Shown in pieces: positions 7,974 to 15,810 of a stretch of 37,417 nucleotides of DNA. Source of the stretch: a virus (lineage: Duplodnaviria > Caudoviricetes). Position numbers and translations under genes: made by a program. Within the stretch, counting starts at the first letter, position 1; each line of letters starts with the position of its first letter. The stretch lies in the IMG/VR virus record IMGVR_UViG_3300030059_003705, positions 1 to 37,417 of that record. The stretch is one strand, 5' to 3'. Under the pieces are notes generated by a model, which did no database searches, had not been told where the DNA came from, and worked only from the letters and a program-made list of their open reading frames with translations.

Positions 7974-9545
7974 TTACTTGTAATTTTTCAAAAATTGGTA
8001 AATCTCATAATAGTCTGTAACGGGGTACTGTTCGTAGTTATCACAAAAGTTCTTACGCGCATCTTCTCTGAACTTACGAATACCTGATTCATACGACTTA
8101 ATGACACGACGCATGCCTTTACCTGCTTTTGAGCGGGCAGGTGGTAAGCGGTACTGTTCATAATCTTCAAGCCCTGGTACTTCATGCTTGATAATTTCAG
8201 CGCCTGGGTAGAGTGATGCAAGAAATTCAGCAGTACGATTGTCGATGACACAAATATGAACATCATCAGTAGCATGGGGATCGCGAATGCTAGTACGTGC
8301 AATGAACTGATAAGCGGCTAGCAAGTTTCGATCAGCGTTTGCATACGCTTCATCAATACCAAATTTTTCGATGATTTGCTTTTCAGCATTGTCGATATTT
8401 CTTGAAGACGTATAGAGAGCATAGTTGATGTGAGAGTACTTATTAACGCCTGCTGTAGCTGTTACCAGGACACCTTGCCCATCCATTTCATGCTGGTGTG
8501 GTAATGCTTGATAGTGGGTATATACTCGCTTATCACGTGCTGCAACGTTGTTATTGAAAATGAATTTGTTGTCTTTGATCACGTTTTGCATCAAATACGT
8601 AACCATCAAATCCTCATTATCCATTTTCTGAGAATCAGATATTAATGATTTGAAGTTCAATGAGTTATTGCGATAAGTGAGGCAATGAATTTTCAAGCGT
8701 GAACCATTAGTATGCTTTTCTGTTTCACGATCAGAGAATTTCTTATATTTGATAGTAAAGCCAGCAATTTCAAGGTATTTGCGTAGCTCTGACATATCGA
8801 ACAATGCAGCTAGTATCGTGACAGAATTGAATTTCTGTAGAACTGCTTTATTGATAACAGATAGCGTATAAATTCGTGCTGCTTCAACATCAGTGGTATT
8901 AACCACATCACAAGCTTTATGGTAGCTATCTTTAGTGATATAGGTAGTGAACGAGTCAGAACGTGTGAAGTCGATGAAATCAATTTTATCATCATTAATA
9001 AAGTCATCATTGATTGACTTGATACCAATCTTACTAGCTGCACCATGATACTGTGACTTCATACGCATTTCATATAAGTCACTATGAGTTGCAGTAAAAT
9101 CGAACCAGCTTAATACATTAGCTGCTGACATTTTCGTCAGGTCACATTTTGTATTGCTGTTCAGTTGAATGTTTTCATCAATTAAAAGATGGAATCCTTT
9201 GAAATCAGTGAAATTTGAAAGAAGGGCAAGTTTAAAGGTTTCATGTGTTGTGATGATAGAAGCGCTGGTAGCGCTCTTAAGAGAAGCTATTGTAGCTGAC
9301 AGCAAATCAACTGTTGACTGATTTTTGCCAGTTTTTTCAGATGTGACAACTTTAGTAGTTGTTTGAATTGATTCGTTTGATGCGTACTGATTGATATCAC
9401 GTTCATATTCATTAGCTAAGACAAGAGAGGGTACTACAATGAGTGTCTTTTGTTGCTTGTTGATGCAGTGTCGAATAGCTGCGTAGCTCTTACCGCTACC
9501 CGTAATGCTTTTATCTGCATAGATTGTTGTTAGTTTACGTGACAT
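7974..9545 (-). CDS. SF2 helicase-like protein, probable replication initiator / origin-binding protein
   Basis: Walker A TGSGKS, motif Ia LIVVPS, Ib IITTH, Walker B LLIDE, motif VI-like QFIARTSIR; AGGAG SD; adjacent to the repeat region. Confidence 0.75.
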   Translation of the reverse strand: MSRKLTTIYADKSITGSGKSYAAIRHCINKQQKTLIVVPSLVLANEYERDINQYASNESIQTTTKVVTSEKTGKNQSTVDLLSATIASLKSATSASIITTHETFKLALLSNFTDFKGFHLLIDENIQLNSNTKCDLTKMSAANVLSWFDFTATHSDLYEMRMKSQYHGAASKIGIKSINDDFINDDKIDFIDFTRSDSFTTYITKDSYHKACDVVNTTDVEAARIYTLSVINKAVLQKFNSVTILAALFDMSELRKYLEIAGFTIKYKKFSDRETEKHTNGSRLKIHCLTYRNNSLNFKSLISDSQKMDNEDLMVTYLMQNVIKDNKFIFNNNVAARDKRVYTHYQALPHQHEMDGQGVLVTATAGVNKYSHINYALYTSSRNIDNAEKQIIEKFGIDEAYANADRNLLAAYQFIARTSIRDPHATDDVHICVIDNRTAEFLASLYPGAEIIKHEVPGLEDYEQYRLPPARSKAGKGMRRVIKSYESGIRKFREDARKNFCDNYEQYPVTDYYEIYQFLKNYK

Positions 9546-10228
9546 ATGAATCTCCTGGTTTGGTTTGGTTATAATGTCTGCATGTATTTATCTCCTACCA
9601 AAAAAATGGGCTAATTCACTGCATTTTTATCACTTTTTGCAAGCGATATAAACACTATGTGTGGGCAGTAAATGACTATATAAATTGAATACTAAATGCT
9701 ATGACGAGCAATATACTCTCATGCTTTTTTAATTTGTCAATAGTGGCGAGAGCCTTTATTTTATAATCAATTTGGTATTGCCTAAACGCTACTTTAAATG
9801 GGTTTTAAGTGTAAAGGAGTAGGTAGGTAGTGCCCAATGATTGAAAGGCTTTAAAATGTAAGGTTTGATTGATGTCAGCACGCCATTGGATACCGACATA
9901 ATTTAGAGTTTAGCTAGGGTGTCTTGCGCCCACTTAGCGGAATGATTGATAAAAATCAATGGTTTGTCAGTGACAGGCATTTCGATAAAAGTATTGAATA
10001 AATGAGCATGGTAAACATCATCCACATTAGTAAAAATCGACATGGTAGGCATGGAATAAGTGGGAACATCGGCGGGCACTATATTAAATATTATAATAAT
10101 TTTTTGAAATTCATAAGTGTCAACTTACTTCTATAGGTACAATGTTACCACTTAATTGAACAAACCCAGTAATGACGGGGCTTTCAGAGCTATTGAGGTG
10201 TTAAATTATGTACCAAACGGACTAATTT

Positions 10229-10557
10229 GTGGTTCATTATGTTGCTATTCAACTCATTGCACTACGCTACGCTGCGTTCATTCGTTGTCTAGTGAATCAG
10301 CGTTACTCATGAGCGATAAAAACACATCGCTCGTCGTAACACAAATTCAATTCTTTTTATATTCGTATGTGATGTATAACAACAAAACCAAATCGATATG
10401 TAATAGCTACAAGAAAATAAACTATAGAGAGATAGAATTTGTGTTTTGAGTAGCGAAGTGGTTTGATCGCTACAGAGAAACACGAATTCACTGAATAACG
10501 AATGAGAGAAGCGGAGCGTAACGCAATGAGTTAGACAGCAATATTATCCATGACCAC
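10229..10557. repeat. Long imperfect inverted repeat (arms ~10229-10348 and ~10435-10557)
   Basis: Reverse complement of arm 2 aligns to arm 1 over ~120 nt: AACTCATTGC, TACGCT, TCATTCGTT, AGTGAAT, AGCGAT, TCGCT, AACACAAATTC. Confidence 0.9.
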
Positions 10558-10559
10558 AT

Positions 10560-11170
10560 TCATATCAATCAAAACAAGGCATTTAAACGACTTCTATAGA
10601 AATTGATACTCATGTATTGATAATCACATCAAACAGCTCAGATCGCTTTATATACGTCTTAAATTCGATATCAGATAGCTACACATAACAATAGTGCAGT
10701 CTGACTCATATCACTACGCTACGCTGCGTTCATGTCGTCAATCTGTGAACATGCGTTTCTCATTAGCGATACACCCACATCGCTATTCGTATCGCAAATT
10801 CAATTCTTTTATAGATGTATTTGATGTATAACACCAAACAACAAATTTATTGATATCGATTAGTATCATTTCAAATACATCACATACAGCTCATGAAATA
10901 GCTTAAAAAGCACTTCATAACAAAGCAAGGGATACATACAAGGAAAAGCGTTAAACGCATTAGATCGATAGATAGACAGCTTAAAATGGATATCAGATAG
11001 CTACATCAAACACAGAACTAATAAACCCTAGGCCCGCCGATCCATTTATTTCAATACATTCAATCATATGAAGCGATTTAAAGCACATAAGCAATGAATC
11101 AATGGGTACATACCTATAAATCAATAGAACAGCTTATACAGCTTAGAATACGTCTTAAACTCGATATCTA
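10560..11170 (+). repeat. Second family of three degenerate ~110-130-bp repeats (~10560-10683, ~10870-11005, ~11050-11168)
   Basis: GATATCAGATAGCTACA exact at 10667-10683 and 10989-11005; ATACGTCTTAAA(T/C)TCGATATC at 10652-10672 and 11148-11168. Confidence 0.75.
10695..10846 (+). repeat. Third, direct copy of the same element (offset ~452 nt from copy 1)
   Basis: Exact 22-mer CACTACGCTACGCTGCGTTCAT at 10260-10281 and 10712-10733; CAAATTCAATTCTTTT and TGATGTATAACA also shared. Confidence 0.92.
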
Positions 11171-11278
11171 ATGGTAGTTGTATAGTGCCCGCAAGTGGTG
11201 CCACTTATATACGACGATAGTTTCATAAATAACGGTGTATAACGCATTTCATATAATAATAACAATAAGAAGAAAAGA

Positions 11279-11638
11279 ATGATTTTAGAAGCACTAGCTG
11301 TTATGGGCGTATCCCAGAGTTACGCAATTGCAGCACTTATAGCAGCAGCAGTACGCATACTAATACTAAGCAAACAACCACCGCCACCACGACCTACATA
11401 TTTTGAAATATTAAGGCAAGCACTCATCACATTTATATTTGTAGCAGCAGCAGAACCAGTAGCAATTCTGTTTTCAATACATGAATCATACGCCACCATA
11501 CTAGGTATAGCCGTGGCATTACACGGCACAGATCGCGTTGCAGAATACGTTAAGGATATATTGAAGCTATTACTACCTGAGAAAGTCGTGAAGGAAATAG
11601 AAAAGCAGCGTGAACAAAAGAAAGACCACGAAAATTAA
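11279..11638 (+). CDS. Putative holin
   Basis: 119 aa with about three hydrophobic segments and a highly charged C-tail; first gene of the rightward block, upstream of the endolysin. Confidence 0.6.
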   Translation: MILEALAVMGVSQSYAIAALIAAAVRILILSKQPPPPRPTYFEILRQALITFIFVAAAEPVAILFSIHESYATILGIAVALHGTDRVAEYVKDILKLLLPEKVVKEIEKQREQKKDHEN

Positions 11639-11646
11639 TAATGGTG

Positions 11647-12165
11647 TCACGATGATGATCCAGAGTTAAGTGAATGACCATCATGTTTTATTGCAGACCT
11701 AAACATAACCAAAAACAAAACAGCATATTTCTTTTTGTTCGTTACACTTTTGATATTAAAGTCAGGGGATAATGGTGCTAGATTCATTCTATATAAATCA
11801 TCAAAAGAAATTTTATCTATAGATTGCTTTGTTATATTTTCGAGATCAGCTATGTGCTTATCTTGTAAATCATCAAATTTACCATGGCTAAGCTCGTTTC
11901 TAATGCTATTGATTTTCTTGAAGAAATCGTAATAGGGTTTCTTTAACCCTATATTTCTAGCAATAGTTAGTTTACTTGCATGGTTTAAATTGACTCCTTT
12001 GAACACGTCAAAGCCTAAGGTCTCATCAATCAAGAAATTTATATATTTTTCTTGATGCAAATGTGTACGCAATACCACACCAAGAACATCATCAGAAGTT
12101 GAAATTTTGATTAAGTGCGTTAAACCTAATGCGTAATCCAAATTACTTTGATACATCATGGGCAT
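11647..12165 (-). CDS. HEPN/MtlR-like protein inserted antisense within the lysis region
   Basis: LRTHLHQEKYI helix, ASKL, and RxxxxH motif INSIRNELSH; AGGA upstream. Confidence 0.6.
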   Translation of the reverse strand: MPMMYQSNLDYALGLTHLIKISTSDDVLGVVLRTHLHQEKYINFLIDETLGFDVFKGVNLNHASKLTIARNIGLKKPYYDFFKKINSIRNELSHGKFDDLQDKHIADLENITKQSIDKISFDDLYRMNLAPLSPDFNIKSVTNKKKYAVLFLVMFRSAIKHDGHSLNSGSSS

Positions 12166-12201
12166 CCTGTGTAGATAAATACAATAAAATAGGATAACTA
12201 T

Positions 12202-12387
12202 ATGGAAGAAGACAAGTTAAATCAACTGATAGAAGCAATTAGAGATCAAACACGAGCTATTGACGAATTAGTCAGAATCATTGATCAACAGAATCTGGCA
12301 CTACACAACACAGATGAACACAAAGAAGAAAGCGAAGGTAAGACTATCAAACTCATGAATGGGCAAGTAATTAATATAGATCGTTGA
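12202..12387 (+). CDS. Small coiled-coil hypothetical protein (61 aa)
   Basis: AGGA SD, NATAAATA box at 12174-12181, heptad pattern. Confidence 0.6.
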   Translation: MEEDKLNQLIEAIRDQTRAIDELVRIIDQQNLALHNTDEHKEESEGKTIKLMNGQVINIDR

Positions 12388-12470
12388 ACAGGACAGCAAA
12401 GAAATAAAACCAATGAAATAACACATCAAGCAATTGGATAAATATCACTGTAAGTTAACGGTGATATTGA

Positions 12471-12950
12471 ATGTACGACAATATAAAAACAATAAGAAAG
12501 TTAGATGCTAATGGTTTCGAATTTATAAAGAAACATGAGGGATATAGAAGCAAAGCATATAAAGATTCGGCGGGAATTTGGACAATTGGGTATGGATCAA
12601 TTCGTTTAAATGGTAGAGCAGTAAAACATGATGATGTAGTAACTGAAGCACAAGCAATGAATCAGATGATATTAGATTTAGAAACATTTGAGCATGCAGT
12701 CAATGAATACGTAACAGTATATCTATCACAACGACAGTACAAAGCTTTAGTTTCATTCACATATAACGTGGGACAGAATGCATTTCGTAATAGCACATTG
12801 CTGAAGAAATTAAATAAAGGTAACTATAAAGGCGCAGCTAACGAATTAAAGAAATGGGTTTATGCTGGTGCGGTTAGAATTCCAGGGTTAATTAATAGAC
12901 GTGAAGCTGAACGCGCTTTGTTTTTGATAGATGTTAAAGAAGATGAATAA
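12471..12950 (+). CDS. Endolysin, GH24 phage lysozyme
   Basis: Catalytic E-x8-D-x5-T in HEGYRSKAYKDSAGIWTIGYG; ALVSFTYNVG; GLINRREAE. Confidence 0.95.
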   Translation: MYDNIKTIRKLDANGFEFIKKHEGYRSKAYKDSAGIWTIGYGSIRLNGRAVKHDDVVTEAQAMNQMILDLETFEHAVNEYVTVYLSQRQYKALVSFTYNVGQNAFRNSTLLKKLNKGNYKGAANELKKWVYAGAVRIPGLINRREAERALFLIDVKEDE

Positions 12951-13293
12951 TAACAACAATAAAAGCATGGGTAATACAACAGCTCGTGAACGCTACCATC
13001 ATTTATATAACACAACCAAATGGCGTAAGTTAAGACTAGAGCAGTTGAATAAAGAACCACTGTGCAAGTTCTGTATTGCTTTTGATGATAGATTTGCTGA
13101 AGCAACAATAGTAGATCACATAGAACAACACGCTGGGAATTTAGATTTAATGTATGACAAGAACAATCTTCAATCATTGTGTAAGTTTCATCATGACAGT
13201 TATAAACAACGTCTAGAAAGAAGAAACGTGCAAGCAATTGGCTGTGATGTCGACGGTAATCCGCTTGACCCTGGTAATCACTACAACAATTGA
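12931..13293 (+). CDS. Terminase-associated HNH endonuclease (HK97 gp74-like); true start may be 12943 or 12967
   Basis: WRKLR...EPLCKFC...ATIVDHI...NLQSLCKFHH; immediately before cos/terS. Confidence 0.9.
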   Translation: MLKKMNNNNNKSMGNTTARERYHHLYNTTKWRKLRLEQLNKEPLCKFCIAFDDRFAEATIVDHIEQHAGNLDLMYDKNNLQSLCKFHHDSYKQRLERRNVQAIGCDVDGNPLDPGNHYNN

Positions 13294-13340
13294 CGATATA
13301 ACAATGATTATCAGTAAGTCGCACGAAAATCTAGAAAATA

Positions 13341-13440
13341 TGGGGGGGATAGTGCGCTGTTGTATCGAACGTCGCCTAAAAACCCCGTTGCCCCATTCGT
13401 ACGCAAAAAAGCGTTTTTGAAATGTTTTTTGGCACCCTTG
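13341..13440 (+). other. Probable cos packaging site region
   Basis: G-run (GGGGGGG) and GC-rich segment between the HNH and terS genes, where cos lies in HK97-like phages; exact cut site not determinable. Confidence 0.55.
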
Positions 13441-13514
13441 GGGACTACCTGGCGTAAATGATAGAGAACTTAAAGTGCTGATTAATAAAAATAATAAGAA
13501 AAGAGAAGAAAGCT

Positions 13515-13985
13515 ATGGCAGGACGTAGACCTAAACCGACAGAAGTGAAGAGACAAGCGGGTAACCCTGGCGGAAGGGCACTAAACGCTAGCGAAGTTGA
13601 AAGCCCATCAATTCAATACTTTGAACCACCAGAACACCTATCAGAACGTGCGAAAGAAGCATGGTTGCGGATTGTTGAGCATTACTCACACACAAAAGTA
13701 GTGCAGATCACAGACGAAATAGCGCTGGAATCATTATGTGAAGTATATGCAGACATACGCGAACTACGCGAAGAGATAGCAATCAACGGTCGAACGTTCA
13801 TAAGCACAGATCGCACTGGTTCAACTCTTATAAAAAGAAATCCTGCTGTAGCTGAACTATCAGACGCAGATAAACGGCTCAGATCATGGCTTGTGGAATT
13901 TGGTTTAACACCTTCATCACGCTCTAAATTTAATACTGATGGTAGTGCAAAAGGAGATGAAGACCCGTTAGACGAGTTTTTATAA
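13515..13985 (+). CDS. terS: Terminase small subunit, P27 family
   Basis: MAGRRPKPT...GNPGGR, PPEHLS..AKEAW, NPAV, EFGLTPSSR. Confidence 0.95.
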   Translation: MAGRRPKPTEVKRQAGNPGGRALNASEVESPSIQYFEPPEHLSERAKEAWLRIVEHYSHTKVVQITDEIALESLCEVYADIRELREEIAINGRTFISTDRTGSTLIKRNPAVAELSDADKRLRSWLVEFGLTPSSRSKFNTDGSAKGDEDPLDEFL

Positions 13986-13996
13986 CAATAACAATA

Positions 13997-15727
13997 ATGA
14001 ATAAAAATCAAATAACAAAAATAGAAAAGACATTAAAGGTACTAGGAACTGAGAAGCACAGAACACATGCTTACGCGCTTGCTGTAGTCAAGAAAGAAAT
14101 CATAGCTGGGCCGGACATTCGTAATGCTTGTACGCGCCACCTAGATGATTTGTTGAATGCAGATGAACGCGGTTTCTATTTTGATGAGAATGCAGCTAAT
14201 AGAGTATTCAGATTCTTTGAAGCCGTCTTAAAACTAAACGGTGGTGAGTTCGAAAATCAACCATTTAAGTTACTTGATTGGCAATGCTTTATCTTGGGTA
14301 ACTTATTTGGTTGGTTACGCACAAACAACGATAAGAGACGTTTTAAAAAGGCATACGTTGAGACAGGTAAAGGTAGCGGTAAAAGCCCATTAAGTGCTGG
14401 TATCGGCTTGTACGGCATGATTGCAGATCGTGAAGGTTCAGCAGAAATTTACGCCGCAGCATCGAAGAAAGATCAAGCACAAATTTTGTTTCGCGATGCG
14501 GTAAAGATGGTTCAACAGTCACCCTCATTAAGTTCAAAAATTCATCTTTCAGGCAAGAATCCTGTATGGAATATGTCATTTAATGGCGGATTCTTTAAGC
14601 CCATTTCATCAGAAGGTGGGCAATCAGGGCCAAGACCACACATCGCGTTGATCGATGAGTTACATGAACACAAAAGTTCTGATCTTATCGAAATGATGAT
14701 AGCGGGAACCAAAGGACGCGAACAGCCTTTAATTTTCATGATCACTAACAGCGGTCACGATAGATCATCAGTTTGTTATGAGTACCATGAACATTGTAAA
14801 AAGATTGCTGCACAAGTCGTAAATGATGACACGTTTTTCACTTATATTTGTTCGTTAGACAAAGGTGATGATCCTTTTAAAGACGAAAGCTGCTGGCAAA
14901 AAGCAAATCCATCACTTGGTCATACAATAAAATATGACTACTTAAAAGAACAAGTTGATAGCGCTCGCGGTATGCCGTCCAAAGAGTCAATCGTAAGACG
15001 CCTGAATTTTTGTCAGTGGGTTGATGCTATAGACCCTTGGATAACGTCGGACGTATTCGAGAAAGTCTGGGATGATTTTGATTATGATGAATTGAAAGGG
15101 CTTGAATGTTATGGCGGATTAGATTTATCAGGTACTAAAGATTTAACAGCACTAGCTTTATATTTTCCAGAACTCCAGAAAGTCATTATTGAATATTGGA
15201 CACCAGGAGATACGATTCAAGAGCGCGGAAGGCGGGATCACGTTCCTTATGATGCGTGGGTTAAGCAAGGTTTCATGCACGCGCCAAGCGGGCAATCAGT
15301 CGATTATAGGGACATTGCAATACGTCTTACAGAGTTACAACAGCTATTCAACATTAATTCTATCGCGTTTGATCCATATAGAATTTCTCATCTTAAACCA
15401 TTCCTTGATGAATTTGGTGTGGATATTGAATTAATTAGCCACGGCCAAGGGTACGGCAAGTCACAGAATGGCTTATGGATGCCTCATAGCATCGATTTAA
15501 TTGAAAAAGAAATACTTGATCAAACAATAACATTTCAAAAGAATCCTGCTACCCGCTGGTGTGTGAGTGGGGCAGTAATAGAAGCAGACAGACAAGACAA
15601 CAGAATATTCAATAAGAACAAAGCAACACACAGAATTGATGGAATTGTTGCCGCTGCGATGGCAAGGGGATGTGCAGAAATTAGACATAAAAGTAAGAAA
15701 GCCAACGGCAACTATTTCTTCATGTAA
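13997..15727 (+). CDS. terL: Terminase large subunit
   Basis: LLDWQ, Walker A GKGSGKS, Walker B IDELHEH, nuclease motifs GLDLS and RIDGIVA. Confidence 0.97.
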   Translation: MNKNQITKIEKTLKVLGTEKHRTHAYALAVVKKEIIAGPDIRNACTRHLDDLLNADERGFYFDENAANRVFRFFEAVLKLNGGEFENQPFKLLDWQCFILGNLFGWLRTNNDKRRFKKAYVETGKGSGKSPLSAGIGLYGMIADREGSAEIYAAASKKDQAQILFRDAVKMVQQSPSLSSKIHLSGKNPVWNMSFNGGFFKPISSEGGQSGPRPHIALIDELHEHKSSDLIEMMIAGTKGREQPLIFMITNSGHDRSSVCYEYHEHCKKIAAQVVNDDTFFTYICSLDKGDDPFKDESCWQKANPSLGHTIKYDYLKEQVDSARGMPSKESIVRRLNFCQWVDAIDPWITSDVFEKVWDDFDYDELKGLECYGGLDLSGTKDLTALALYFPELQKVIIEYWTPGDTIQERGRRDHVPYDAWVKQGFMHAPSGQSVDYRDIAIRLTELQQLFNINSIAFDPYRISHLKPFLDEFGVDIELISHGQGYGKSQNGLWMPHSIDLIEKEILDQTITFQKNPATRWCVSGAVIEADRQDNRIFNKNKATHRIDGIVAAAMARGCAEIRHKSKKANGNYFFM

Positions 15728-15810
15728 ATACTTTAGTCAAAAATGCATAAATATAGGGGTAAGTTATAGCAAAAGCATAAATAGAGTTATGCAAGAGAAT
15801 AATAATAACA

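Noticed and set aside
9705-10123. Leftward TTGACA hexamers at 9735-9740 and 10118-10123 as sigma70 promoters
   Set aside because: Best -10 candidates lie at 19-22-nt spacing, too weak to call
10156-10449. 97-aa ORF in the repeat region
   Set aside because: TTG start without SD, lies across structured repeats whose copies contain indels, no protein-like motif
10229-11170. Repeats as a CRISPR array
   Set aside because: Units are long, degenerate, partly inverted and irregularly spaced; no cas genes
12860-13420. ORFs 12860-13324 (-) and 13238-13420 (+) as spanins or real genes
   Set aside because: Overlap the endolysin/HNH/cos region, with no lipobox or signal anchor
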